A stretch of DNA of 64,000 nt, taken from contig JBHGNT010000007.1 in assembly GCA_043228905.1 (NCBI GenBank), positions 17,794,001 to 17,858,000 on the forward strand, given 5' to 3'. Origin of the DNA: Azolla caroliniana (taxonomy: Eukaryota; Plantae; Polypodiophyta). The notes under the pieces are model-generated. The model was given only the letters and a program-made list of their open reading frames with translations, had not been told where the DNA came from and ran no database searches. Of this stretch, positions 23,701 to 35,453 are shown one piece after another (the stretch's first letter is position 1; the number at the start of each line of letters is the position of its first letter). Position numbers and translations under genes: made by a program.

Positions 23701-24380
23701 CGCCATTCTACGCTTATACAGGATATCATCCCCGGTGGTGTGTCCTTGAAACCCCAGAAGTGTCCACAAATCCTTGCGCGGAGGATCGTTTGGAGCGGTT
23801 ACGCAAGATACAAGCGGATTTATCTACTCAACTCCAGCAAGCTCAACAATCACACAAGGACTACGCAGATCGTCATCGACTTCCATCCAGTTTTAACATT
23901 GGAGATCGGGTGTGGCTGCTACGACGACACATCAAGACTACTCGCCCATGTGAGAAGTTGGATTATCGGCGATTAGGTCCTTTCCGTATTATCGGGAAGA
24001 TTAATGATGTCGCTTTTCGTCTCGAGCTACCTCCGCAACTTCGGATACATCCGGTGTTTCATAGTTCTCTCCTCGAACCCTATCACGAGAGCACTATCCC
24101 AGGACGTACTATACAACCACCACCTCCTATCGAGCTCGAAGATGGACCTGAGTATGAGGTCGCTGCCATCCTCGATTCCAAGATTGTTCGCAACAAGCTC
24201 TACTATCTAGTCGATTGGCTAGGATATAGTCCCAGCGAGCGTACTTGGGAACCGATCGAGAATGTGACCAATGCTCGTGCTCTTCTAGAAGACTTCCATC
24301 AACGATATCCCGAGAAACCGGGTCCTCAATCCAAAACGACTCGTGGAACTCGTCGTTTTAAAGGGGGGATAGTGTCATAA
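20784..24380 (+). CDS. pol: Chromovirus Pol (PR-RT-RNaseH-IN-chromodomain), in the -1 frame relative to gag
   Basis: Uninterrupted ORF with LLDSGANSCF, YLDDLL, EADASDF, HHCC plus DDE integrase, GPF and EYEVAAILDS..YLVDWLGY..TWEP chromodomain. Confidence 0.95.
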   Translation, partial: VKRLSPAKIGAVWLDSPRSVQPISGSIPSKQVSDVFVAQVAVSTKSTPPVHTLALLDSGANSCFMDRNFARAHQISLRKLPCPASVVVIDGRPIASGNIIEESEPVNIVLDNLTCVVSFNIISIPEHPIVLGLPWFELHNPDIDWRTREIRLRQTQGSTQKVATISLRQLREEGRKEEMFLFAISVQPSSTTKEESTVQLPEKYRQYADVFDKVQANTLPHHRPYDCAIDLQPGKEPPWGPIYNLSPTELEVLRAYIEENLENGFIRHSKSPAGAPIFFVKKKDGSLRLVVDYRGLNKVTVRNRYALPLISSLLERINGARFFTKIDLRGAYNLVRIRPGDEWKTAFRTRYGHFEYTVMPFGLTNAPAVFQHMANDIFRDLLDDFLIIYLDDLLVYSKTQEEHDSHVLLVLKRLREHGLYAKLEKCSFGCNQVEFLGYVISSEGISMDPAKVKTVIEWHTPRSVRDVQCFLGFANFYRKFIQNYSKIVLPLTQLTRKGQSFLWSKETDMAFESLKKAFTSAPILGHVDPEKPFIIEADASDFALGSILSQQGNDEKLHPVAFHSRKFDAAEINYEIHDKELLAIVDSFMQWRHFLEGSPHQVTVFSDHKNLAYFQDARVLNRRQARWAHFLTRFDFKITYRPGKHQGKADALSRRSYLTPRPGEPAFDNQKQVILGLARLQAAQVFDMPVDSDITNTIREDLKTDAFAQAILAQIDPSRASCSQSQSPGTDYRQFKYCDGLLFFKELLYVPNGSCRLRVVQNCHDTYTAGHFGSTKTLDLVQRSFWWPRMRQFVEDFVRTCDTCCRAKMPRHHPYGLLEPLPIPSKPWQSIALDFITDLPVSKGFSAILTVVDRYTKMAHFLPCTKEISSEDTAAIVMREVCRHHGLPDNIISDRGPQFVSKFWKHLFKMLKVTCHLSSGYHPQTDGQAERTNQTLEQYLRCFLNYHQNDWADILQFAEFAYNNAIHASTKVTPFYAYTGYHPRWCVLETPEVSTNPCAEDRLERLRKIQADLSTQLQQAQQSHKDYADRHRLPSSFNIGDRVWLLRRHIKTTRPCEKLDYRRLGPFRIIGKINDVAFRLELPPQLRIHPVFHSSLLEPYHESTIPGRTIQPPPPIELEDGPEYEVAAILDSKIVRNKLYYLVDWLGYSPSERTWEPIENVTNARALLEDFHQRYPEKPGPQSKTTRGTRRFKGGIVS

Positions 24381-24662
24381 CTAGACTCGAACCCATAACC
24401 TTTTGTTACACGGGTCGAGACTTTACCATTAGGTTATAAATTGTAATTTGAAGGATATTATTTTCATTTAGGTTTTATTGGGAAATTGATGTATATTCCA
24501 GATTTCTCTGGAACATTCTAGAAACTTCAGGAGTATTCCTGAAGACACTATAAAAGGAGGCGCAAGGCATTAGTTCGAACCAAATCGGTTCAACGCCAGT
24601 CTTAAGCCTTCTAACTACTGTTGTATATCTTCCTTCATATAATACATATACCTTTCGCATCA

Positions 24663-24720
<58 letters not shown>

Positions 24721-25559
24721 ACCCATTCCTTCTCTCAAAGTTCGACACCTCTCATAGTACTAATCCTTCTCTGTCTTAGTACTATTCCCCGACAATAGTA
24801 CTAATCCTTCTTTTAGTACTAATTCCTTCTCTGCCTTAATAGAGTTCCTGACACCCACTACTCCCTATGTCACCCATTCTTCATGTACTTTCCTGTAGTC
24901 TACAAAGTGCACATTACCATTATGCCTCTACGAACCTCGTGGTGCACCTTTAGCACCTTAGATTATTACCCTTCCCCTTACATTTTGTTATCTTATTCTC
25001 ATTATACAAATTTACAAGTGCATCTGCAATGTTGCACATCCCCATTTTATTTGTCTCACCCGAGTTTCTCACCATAGCCGGAAATCTTCACGACAACGTA
25101 TCCTCCAATTCATCTTCCAACATGGCGAAGACACCATGATGCATTGTGCTCTCCATAACAAATACAATATGATCGAGAATGCCAGTGATTGAGGTGAATT
25201 AAGTGAATGTGAGAGATATGCGAATGAATGAAGTGAATGAATTCAAATGAATTCAAATAATTCAAATAATTCAACTCTTCTTCAATGATTTAGTTCGAGA
25301 ATGTTTAGGGCTATTAGTGCACGATCGAGAATGAGGGTGAATGAAATGAGTGCGAGTGATTAATAGACTGTTAAGGAAGGGAATGAGTTCAGTCCTTTAG
25401 TGATTGAGTCTACCTCTTAGTGCATGCTATTGAATTTGGTGAATCAATTTGTTGTAGTTGTTAGTATGATCATTGAAACGCCATCATTACACGTAGTTGG
25501 GCAATTGACTATTAATGAGTTGGGCTCCTCGTTAATCAGTCGGGCTTCCTACACCAAAA

Positions 25560-25885
25560 TTTTTGTACATTGCTTTGTCTACCTTCTCCATTATTGACTA
25601 GTATTGCATTATTGTACATTGCTTTGTCGACAATCTCTATTATTGACTAGTATTGCATTTACTAGTTTTGCATTATTGTACATTGCTTTTGATACCTTCT
25701 CCATTATTGACTAGCATTGCATTATTGTACATTGCTTTTGAATAAGATTCACATTGAGTCATACACTAACTAGAATGAGATTCAAATTGAGTCATATACA
25801 AACAGAATGAGATTCAAATAATAAGACTCACAACCAGAATGTACATCAAATTGAGTCATATACAACCAAAATGAGATTCAACTAT
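25560..25885. repeat. Two short tandem-repeat arrays (~50 bp and ~30 bp units) inside the MULE
   Basis: ttgtacattgcttt..attattgactagtattgcatt x~4; gaatgagattcaaattgagtcatatacaa x~4. Confidence 0.8.
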
Positions 25886-25977
25886 TGATTTGATATTACA
25901 AAAAAGTTGGGAATTTGCATGAGTAGTACATCGAGATCATATGTTTGATGTTACAAAGTACAACATGCTAGTGATTA

Positions 25978-27537
25978 AAATAACCCTATGCCCAGAGTCC
26001 TTTGTGTCCATTTTGCCATGATTTTCCGAAGGAGCTCCACGTCTTCAAATCCAAACCATTGCTCCTTACCCTACACCACAATATGCCATCAACCTAAGCC
26101 CTTACAAAAACAAATGCGCAAATTCAATTCTCATAAATACTTACAAATTGATCGGTCTCAAATCCTTGAATGAACTCCTCGACCAACATTTGAATGGTTT
26201 ACATCATGTAATACCCACAATCATTCCCATTAGGTTGGGTTGGGATATGCAATACCTGGAACCGCTCGTTGTTGATGATCCAATGGTCATGTGTGGCGCT
26301 AGAGATATATCAGACAACCAAATCACCCAATGTCTTCATGCCGGTAGTTGGATGATTATTTAGTGGATCGCAAAAAACAATTGGATTTGGATTTTAGGCC
26401 TCCTTGGCTGTCAGGTTGTCGATTCTGACAGTTGGTCTTGACCACCATTGATCTCGACATGTGCCTCATCTTCTGGCATGGGAATTCCATGATTCTTACA
26501 CTAAAATTCATACATAAGATTCACACATAATCATTCACACACTAGATTTAGACTCACATAAGATGCACACATAATCATAAACCATACTTACATAAGCTTC
26601 AGACGTAGCCGCAATCTTCAACTTCAATTTTGCCATCCTATGCTCCTTTCCCCCGTCATACCTAGCCATCTATTGGCTGACGAATTGGGCAATGAAATAG
26701 GCCTCCTTGGATGTTCGAAGTGTGTCCGGAGTGGCTTTGAAGATCTTAATCTCTCTTGTCCTCAACTTCCTCATGTGTGATTGGCGTGATCTATTGTACT
26801 TTAGCTTCGTATCCAAAAAACGCTTTATTGATCGTTTTCTTTCGTAGTGGCTGAAGAATGACGTGGTTGTACTCCTCATGGAGGTCGATTGATCTTCTTC
26901 TTCTATCTTTAGCCACCGAGGCAGTATTACTGTCATAACTAAACTCGAACCCATAACCTTTTGTTACACGGGTCGAGACTTTACCATTAGGTTATAAATT
27001 GTAATTTGAAGGATATTATTTTCATTTAGGTTTTATTGGGAAATTGATGTATATTCCAGATTTCTCTGGAACATTCTAGAAACTTCAGGAGTATTCCTGA
27101 AGACACTATAAAAGGAGGCGCAAGGCATTAGTTCGAACCAAATCGGTTCAACGCCAGTCTTAAGCCTTCTAACTACTGTTGTATATCTTCCTTCATATAA
27201 TACATATACCTTTCGCATCATCATTCTCTCTCTCTCTCTCTCACTCACCCATTCCTTCTCTCAAAGTTCGACACCTCTCATAGTACTAATCCTTCTCTGT
27301 CTTAGTACTATTCCCCGACAATAGTACTAATCCTTCTTTTAGTACTAATTCCTTCTCTGCCTTAATAGAGTTCCTGACAATTACACGGATGCCATGTGCC
27401 TTTTGTAAGTGAGCTTCCATGTCAGCTTTTTTGCGAAACCATCGTACCTCTTTTCTACATGAATCTCCAACGATACATGTGCGACATTTGATACTTGTCG
27501 AGTCTCTTCCCGCCTTGAAGAGGGACATAGGGTCCAC
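25978..27537 (-). pseudogene. MULE accessory gene: C2H2-like zinc finger followed by a Ulp1/C48-like protease C-terminal half; intron-containing and disrupted
   Basis: KCRTC..F.KKADMEAHLQKAHG at 27537-27385 continues in frame after the solo LTR is removed. Downstream are IVFCDPLNN and LHIPTQPNGNDCGYYMM (~26250-26200), then WFGFEDVELLRKIM after a GTAAGT intron. In-frame stops are present. Confidence 0.6.
26931..27379 (+). mobile_element. Solo LTR of the same chromovirus family as 19043-24853
   Basis: 449 bp, near-identical to the 481-bp LTR apart from a shorter (CT)n and one substitution; TSD ATTAC at 26926-26930 and 27380-27384. Confidence 0.95.
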
Positions 27538-28004
27538 TACAACAATGGTGTGACATTTGCATTAGAAAAACCCAATATATACTTACTTCAATAATGATTA
27601 TAAGAATGTACATCAACTCACCATTTAGTTTTATATCTTCAACACCTGGCCCCACGTCATGTATGGGGTTCGTATCCATGTTTGAGTCTTTAGATGTTTT
27701 CTAGCATCCATATCGTTGGATTTGGGGCACCTAGCACCCTTTCTTACAAAAACCCTAAACCATCATTCAAGTTAGCACACAAAGATCACTATTTATACAC
27801 AATATATAGTTGAGAAATGATTCAGGCCATACCTCCCTTCATAGGGTATTGTTTCACCCCAATCCGCATCAAAGTCTATGAAGGTCTTGGACTGACTAGC
27901 CATGTGTACTATACAGATGCCATCTTCAAAAACCACCAATGGATCTACGATCATATTTGGACATCTAAAAATAACTTAGAATTACTACTAATTGTATCAA
28001 TCTT

Positions 28005-31000
28005 TTTTTCTTCTTTTTTTTAACAAAAGATACACCCTGGTATTATAAAATCAGAAGAAATACAAAAGTTGATGGTTGTTTCAGTGAGAAGAAGAACCCC
28101 ACCAAAACAAAGCTAATGCTAACCATAAATTCATCCATCCATTCATGAAGAGAAAGGGACCTAAAAACATTTTTTATTCATGGATATTTGCAGTCTCCAT
28201 GCCGTTGAGAGATGGCTGAAATAATACTTTGGACATCGGAATCGTTGTACACCTGTAGTTATCTCTCCATTCCACAATATATAACATTTCAGCTTGACAA
28301 CTTTCCGAGCAGTTTTTGTGGTTTGAAAGGAGCACCACATTTAACATACATGTTGATCAAAACAATTGCTACATATGAGCTTTTCCCAACAACCCTCACA
28401 AAGACTAGAACCCTCAAAAAGATCCTTCCACCAAGCACAATATATGCATCATAGCCGATTTGTTGAGCATCGTCAGCAATAGCAGCAACTTTCCAGAGCC
28501 ATTCCTCATAGTCGATTTGATGTGTATATGCAAGAACAACACATATTTGTACACCATATCTCCAAGATTTTTATCGTCTAGTCCTCCCAAACTGCAATTG
28601 AGCATTCAATGTAACCTATAGCACCCAAAATCTATAGCAACAGAATGTCCATAAACAAAGTTAGTAGACATTGTTTCCCAAAATGACGGGAACAGTATAC
28701 ATCCAAATTATGTGATCTCCATCTTCCCTAAAAATGAACATAGAGGTCCATATCCTTTTAAAATGCATTTGCTTCCTGAAAATGGCATCAACATTTCTTG
28801 TGAAACTTTCATACTGACCACGTAATGTATGAACAAATAATAACCAGAATTCAGTGATTATAACAACAGCATCCTGAGTGACATTATCAAATATTGATGC
28901 GCATCGCGCTTTCCAAATTACCCACATCAGAATAGATGAAATTTTCTTCCATACAATATCATCCCTAAATTGCAAACTGTCACTTATAAAAGGTTGAACG
29001 ATTTGTATATGAGGAGGAACTATGTGAAAAGCTTCCACTATATCCTCCTTTTCATATAACTAGAGATGACCCTCTAGAATGCCCCACCTAACCACACCCC
29101 AAGTGACCACACAATTAGCAGGTATCAATATCAACCTTAATACTCTTTGCCATATTTGCATACTTTTAGGACAAGACCACAATACATGCTTAATTGATTC
29201 TACCATACATCCACAACCAAAACCACATGACTTACTATCTAATTGTCGCAACTAAGCCCGAACTGGTCGTGCATAATGGATCAATAACCAACGAAAAAGG
29301 ACAATCTTCCTAGGAATCTGCATACTCCATAACCATTTCCAATATTTAGATGCATCCATTAAAGAGGCTCCATTCACCAACCACACTTTCATAGCAGATG
29401 GCGGATGGAATTTCCTACTTAAGAGCAACTTTCATCCCAACTTCATAGAATATTGGAAAAATTGAAAAAATTTAGTATGAGACGAAGGATTTGTATGTTT
29501 CCAAAGATAATCTGATGAATCCCAATGCAAGTCCAACAATGACTTTTAAAAAAAAACCCATAGTTGGCAAAATAACATACTATCAGAAGGAGAAGGATCT
29601 AAAATCCATTTTTTACCGTTTGCCAAATTGACGATTCCACATCAGTCTGCCATAATCTTCCTTCCTCAGACACATCAAAATAGTAATAATCTCCTTGAGA
29701 TGTTGTTCCTTTTACTCCTATAATAACACCAACCAGAGTAAAATATCCAAACCAAACATGCTCAAAAGAAGGTGACCAATTAGAGAGAAAATTCCCTAAA
29801 GATGATTGAATTTCATCAAACATAACTCTAAAACCTCTACACATGGTAGCATCTAGCTATGAATTATTCAGATGAAGAACATAATTTTCCCAAGAGGCAA
29901 TCGTGGCAGCTATAGCATTATCCAACATAGCCCACTATAATCACGGTCTACTGCCAAGCAATACACTCCCTTTTATCAGAAAAAATAAAATTCTAAATCA
30001 AAGGTTCCCACAATAGTTCTTCATTCGAAGAGGGGCATCTACGAATCAAAAAAACCTTAACAGCTTCCCATGCTTTACAAATGCCAACCATAAAACCATC
30101 TATCAGACCATGTATCAGTCTCATCTTAAAATTTGACAAGAATGCCCATCTTAGAGATGGTTTCCAAAACCCCCCGGTAGACGGTTTAACATCAAACAAT
30201 CGATTTAAAAACAATTCTAACCATATACCTTGAGCAGGCGACATAGCCCTAACAACAAAGTTTGCCAAAAGAGCCTTACATTGGCTGTCTAGGTCTACCA
30301 ACCCTAAACCACCATTTGAAAATTGCGTCGTAAGTGTCGACCAAGCTACCTTTGCACGAGCATCATTATTACTTCGTCCTATCCAAATAAAGTTTTGAAC
30401 CATTCGTTGAATGTGTAACAAACAGGATCTAGAGAACAAACATGTAGATGCTATATACCACATCGATGAAAGTAGAACTTGATTAGCTATCATTACTCTG
30501 CCTGCTAAAGACAACTCTGTAGTGTCCCAAATCAACACTTTTTTCCTAAGTGATAACATTAGAGGAGCTAACAATCGCTCATTATTCATATTTATACCAA
30601 CTTGACATCCTAAGTAACGAACTGAAACTCCTTGAATCCAACAAAAAAACTCAGATGGTCTCCATGATGGCAATGGCCGCTTCGAAACCCAAAAACCCAC
30701 TGATTTACACCAATTAACTTTTGCACCAGAGGCAACAAAAAATGTTTCCAATGCAGCTTGTGCTTTATACAAATTACCTTCTTCAGTGCGCAAGTATAGT
30801 GTTGTATCATCTGCAAACTCCACATCTAGAATCATCTTGTTAGAGATCAGTGCGACCAACCCTTGAATCCCAGCACTTGTTGAATTTAAAATTGCTAAAA
30901 ATACCTCCGTAACAATAAGAAATAAAAAAGGGGCTAATGGACACCCTTGGCGAACAGATCGTGACATTTGAAAGCTTCGTCGTCTACCTCCTGCTACTAA

Positions 31001-31458
31001 GATAGAACTATAAGCTAATCTATATAAAGCTGACACTGCAATAATCCAAGCTTCTGGAAACCCTAATCTTCTCATCGCCTCTTCTAAAAAGTCCCAATTC
31101 ACTCTATCATAGGCCTTTTCAAAATCTAACAATAAAATTACTAAGTCCTCTTTCTTTGCCATAGCTGACGCGGACAACTCCCAAAACAAAAAAATATTAT
31201 CAAATATAGTCCTATCTTGCATGAAACCTATCTGAGAAGTATGAATAATATCAGGCAATAAAGGTTGCAAACGCAGTGCCAATACCTTAGCATAAATTTT
31301 GTATACTGTATTGAGTAATGTGATTGGTCGCCATGCCCTAATGTCCTCTGAGGCTCCATTCCCTTTAGGGATAAGAAAAATCAGCCCCTCCTTCCATTCC
31401 TCTTGCATAACTCTTGAATAAAAAATGATCTCAAAAGCACTAGTTAAATCATCAGCTA
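28005..31458 (-). mobile_element. 5'-truncated L1-type LINE (RT, zf-RVT, A-rich tail)
   Basis: ORF 29993..31408 has WRPITLLN, LDFEKAYDRV, RQGCPLAP and FADD; CGFGCGCMVESIKHVLWSC at 29060-29251; T-rich tail at ~28005-28021. 16-bp TSD taattgtatca(a/t)tctt at 27989-28004 and 31459-31474 (one mismatch). Confidence 0.92.
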
Positions 31459-33753
31459 TAATTGTATCATTCTTACTTTATAAGACATCCCAAACTAACT
31501 TGAATGGTTTTTATAAATCAATTGATGCAAAAGATTGACCCCTTCATTTGTAAGGATAATAGTCACATCACTTTCATTGCTTCCAATCGTTAAGCTTTTC
31601 AAACATTAAGAATGCAACCAAATGTAGAGACAAGAATAATTTATAAAGGGGCTTCAGGACCATGATTATGCTATGCCCGTAGAGAAGCTCATTGTGGTTG
31701 CTTTAGTGGACAACGTAAACACTTAACCTATCATACTTCAAATTATGCAAGACAACAATTACATGACTATGCCATGCTCATAGAGAATCTCATCATCATA
31801 TTTTACGAACAATCTAAACGCTTCAGATTATGTGAGAGAACAATTTCATCATGATCCTATCCTTCAACGTATTATGATATTGAGGAGTTTATGGACCATT
31901 AAATGGACTCTATGTTTTGTTTAGGTTTTTCCTTATTACCTAAGTTTGTCAAGAGTATGTCACCAACTTGAGAAGGAAGTATTGCAACATGGCCAAAACT
32001 GGAGAAGACTAATTTTGTCTGGGTTGATTGAATACAAAATGGAGTAGGATACACCATAAGAACATTATTGTTATCTCATGGAGGTCTTTAAGTAACATAG
32101 CTGCTGTCACATTAGCATGCATAGTCTTCTAATTAGTTCCTCATTCATCAAAAAACCGAGTACATAGCAACGTTGTGAATTGGCTTAACGGCTAGAAAGA
32201 CTCGTTTAGGATAGATATCATATAAAAAAATTTCTCCAACAATTCCAAGAGAAAAATACACGAGCATGTCATCTTCAGTAAATAGGATGAGATTTCTGAG
32301 CTTTCACAAATTGAACACACAAATCTTAATCAATTCATAAATAGACAAGAAATATGATACATACCTCTAGACAACAGGTGCTCACGGACAGCAGGATAGT
32401 AGGTGGTGCGCCTCAGTGAAGAACCCTAAACCCTAAACCTCTGGCTTCTTGTTTGTAAACATGCAAAAATGACAAGTATGGGTTTTTATACTCAATCACA
32501 AACTAATGAGTCGGGCTCCCTTTCACAGAGTCAGGCTCCTTCTTTAATCAGACGGGCTCCCCAAAAATTGGACTTTTGATGGTGCAATTTTTCTTCATCC
32601 ACATTGGACGGTGCAGATCGCACGCGCCCTCATCTAGCGACCTGCACCGTCCCGCTCCATGATTCCCGCACTTGCCCTCATAAATATTTGGTGGTAGTTA
32701 GACACCACGATGGATGTGTATGTTTATGTACATATGTATGTGTGTGTGTGTGTTTATGTATGTATGTACGTACGTAATGTCTGTCTCGTCGGTATCTGTG
32801 TGTGTTTACGTATGTATGTTTGTATGTATGTATGTATGAACAAGAAATTTAGTGTTAGAAAATAGAACATATTATCATCTAGCAAAATCGTAACCATTTC
32901 GTAATAAACGAGAGTTGGCCATGACTTGGATTGGTTAAGAAGGGAGTTAGAGCTTATCTACGAAAGGTGAAGGGAACACGATGGTGTACCAATTTCGTTT
33001 CTCATAACAAGTCTAAATTCTTTCCTCTACAAAGTATTCATCTTGCCTATTGGCAATCGAGTATGTCCCATATACCCATGTAGTGGTGGCCCCACTTAAT
33101 TGTATCACTAATGAAGTGTTTTTCACTCACATTCATCGCATTTATTGATGTAATTCCTCGAGGCACAGAATGTGATTTATAGGATGAGATTTACCCCAAT
33201 GGTGAGGATTGAACTTCGTTTCTCTCAAAATTATGACTTTAATGCTATGGTGTATGGTTAACTTCCATTTCTCCAACTCGTTGCCCCCCCCTTCCCCTAG
33301 ATCTACTCTTGAGAGATTGTTGTGTGACAAGCGCATAAGATCCAGTCGATTGTGCATGAATTTTATCATCAACTTGATGGATCAATTTCATTGTATAGGC
33401 CTTTCCAATCGTAACTGGTTGCTCAAAAGGATCGTCGTTCGTCCGTCAAACAATCGACTCTTTCCGGGATGTTTACTAGGTTCAAACAACCAAGGATTAT
33501 GTGTCTCTGTACTCGCCCTGCAAAGTTCCGAAAAGATAGCTTTTCTAGAAGCCTCCTGCTCATATCTCTCATCAAAAGGGACTATTAGATAATGAGTTTT
33601 GAGGAACTCTTGAAGAGAACCCTCAGTATATACATAGTACTTTTAGTCCCGAGTTACAAAATTCTCGTCGATTGTGAGAAACTAAGATCAATACAAGTCA
33701 CTTCGATTGACTTAACCAATTAGAAATCAAGTGATTGATTCCAGGCAATCTTG

Positions 33754-34922
33754 CGACCCAGGCTTTTGCGGCTTTTCAGATATCATCTTGGACCTCCCAC
33801 TCGACTACCTTTGTCTGGTTGTGGGTGGTAACTTGTTGGACCTCTGCGGTGATCGTATTGACCGTTGGTCCCTTCTGTCATGTGTATATAAAACCCAATA
33901 AGCTTTTTTATAGTGATTTGAACCCATGACCTCCTCATCGAAGGAGGCACATAACCCCAACCATTAGGATACATCATATTGTATATATTAAATTATAAAT
34001 TCTATTATATCAATAGGAAATATATATTAATAATATTATTATTGAAATATCACCACCTTGCATAGGCTAATGCATGATGCCAAGTGGCGATCATGTGTGC
34101 CTATGAGGTGGCAAGCATGCATGTATCCAAACCATGCTATATAAACATGTATTTGAGTATTGATGAACCATTCTGGTTCAACGCTAGTCTTCAACATATT
34201 CTCCTCCTCTCTCTCTCTCTCTCTCTCTTTTGAAGCAATTTTGCTATAGAGTCACAAGTAAAAATTGTAGAAGAATTGTGTGATGAGTATGTGTAGTAGA
34301 CCCATGGGGAATGTGTGTAGACTACGGCACAGTCCGTGAGGGCCTGCCATATCGGGTCCTCGTTCGTCACAGCTTTATCCATTAGTGATGACGATGCTTC
34401 GACTATTCCTTCCTGGTGCATTCGTTCGATATTTGTTTCATTGGCTTTTTCGACCCAAGCTTTTGCGGCTTTTCGGATATCATCTCGAACCTCCCACTTG
34501 ACTACCTTTGTCTAGTTGTGGGTGGTAACTTGTTGGACCTCCGCCGTGATCGTATTGACCGTTGGTTCCTTTTGTCATGTGTATATAAAACCCAATAAGC
34601 TTTCCTATGGTGATTCGAACCCATGACATCCTCAAAGGAGGCACATAACCCCAACCATTAGGATCCATCATATTTTATATATTAAATTATAAATTCTATT
34701 ATATCAATAGGAGATATATATTAATAATAATATTATTGAAATGTCACCACCTTGCATAGGCTAATGCATGATGCCAAATGGCATGCTTGCATGAATGCCA
34801 AGTGGTGATCATGCGTGCCTATGAGGTGGCAAGCATGCATGTATCCAAACCATGCTATATAAACATGTATTTGAGTATTGATGAACCATTCTGGTTCAAC
34901 GCCAGTCTTCAGCATATTCTCT

Positions 34923-34966
<44 letters not shown>
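33754..34966 (+). repeat. ~700-bp-period duplication carrying two decayed LTR copies (from ~33876 and ~34573) of a chromovirus related to the 19043 element
   Basis: 33754-34228 repeats at 34451-34966. Both copies share TGTCAT, gaacccatgac, ccattagg and gaacca..ggttcaacgc.agtctt..(CT)n with the 481-bp LTR. Confidence 0.72.
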
Positions 34967-34972
<6 letters not shown>

Positions 34973-35354
34973 TCACACTCGATCTCACAAGTTAGGTATT
35001 GAAGTTGCATCATGGTATCAAAATGTAAAGAATTTGAAGACATGTAAAGTATGCAATGAAGGCATGGTAGAGGATGAATGTCACTTTCTCTTCACATGCT
35101 CGACATATAGTGCAATTCGTTCAAGATATGTTGACATACTAAGAGGGAGTGATAACTTAAGATCCATACTTAAGACACCACCTAGAAGGTTGAGCTCATA
35201 TGTGTATGCTTTATTAACACATAGACACTTTGTGCTTCAACATATGAATACCCCTTCTTAGGAAGGAGACATATATCAAGAACACATGTATACTTTGGTC
35301 CCATAGGTCAAAATTGGCCTCTTTATGGATGATAAAAATTCTAATTCTAATTCT

Positions 35355-35360
<6 letters not shown>
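34967..35360 (+). mobile_element. 3' fragment of an RTE/RTEX-like non-LTR retrotransposon with an (AATTCT)n tail, lodged in a (CT)n tract
   Basis: HTRSHKLGIEVASW..CKVCNEGMVEDECHFLFTCSTYSAIR is a C-terminal CCHC domain; it is followed by a stop, a short UTR and (AATTCT)x4 at 35337-35360, with (CT)n on both sides. Confidence 0.75.
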
Positions 35361-35408
<48 letters not shown>

Positions 35409-35453
35409 TTCCTTCCTTCTCCTTGAGAATCTTGCCAAACGTTATCCTCACCA

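Larger units (their letters stand above)
19043..24853 (+). mobile_element. Full-length Ty3/gypsy chromovirus (Tcn1/Tf1-like); LTRs 19043-19523 and 24373-24853
   Basis: Two 481-bp LTRs that are identical by eye (TG..CA); 5-bp TSD CCCAC at 19038-19042 and 24854-24858; PPT AAAGGGGGGATAG; gag and pol with a chromodomain. Confidence 0.96.
18386..25095 (-). mobile_element. Solo LTR (~890 bp) of the Ylt1-like group, split by the chromovirus at 19043-24853
   Basis: Minus-strand termini TGTCGTGAAGA..CCGCGACA; 4-bp TSD ACGT at 18382-18385 and 25096-25099; TATA region and U5 motif shared with the 11804 LTR. Confidence 0.88.
10797..25156 (-). pseudogene. MULE transposase (WRKY/FAR1-like Zn domain, DDE, SWIM, C-terminal Zn ribbon), in pieces 25156-25100, 18385-16547 and 11803-10797
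   Basis: Motifs YSCHRAG..CWCTF..HNGH, WAIDSTFKTN (D1), VIDK (D2), LCQFH (CxxH), TTNIVERHW (E), CDCQDIVSKCKHLL (SWIM) and CLRC..CKNC. Removing the LTR inserts restores the reading frame; several in-frame stops remain. Confidence 0.88.
10309..32664 (-). mobile_element. Mutator-like DNA transposon (MULE), ~7 kb native length, expanded to ~22 kb by nested insertions
   Basis: Imperfect ~75-bp TIRs: aatcgtggagagggacggtgtaggtcgc.. at 10309 versus the reverse complement of ..gcgacctgcaccgtcccgctccatgatt ending at 32664. Inverted subterminal GGAGCC(C/T)GACT repeats at 10403-10622 and 32507-32560. Internal MULE transposase. No TSD found; the left tip appears truncated. Confidence 0.8.

Noticed and set aside
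33100-33720. Minus-strand coding-like stretch ([26 protein letters not shown]..)
   Set aside because: Broken by stops and no recognisable family; left unannotated.
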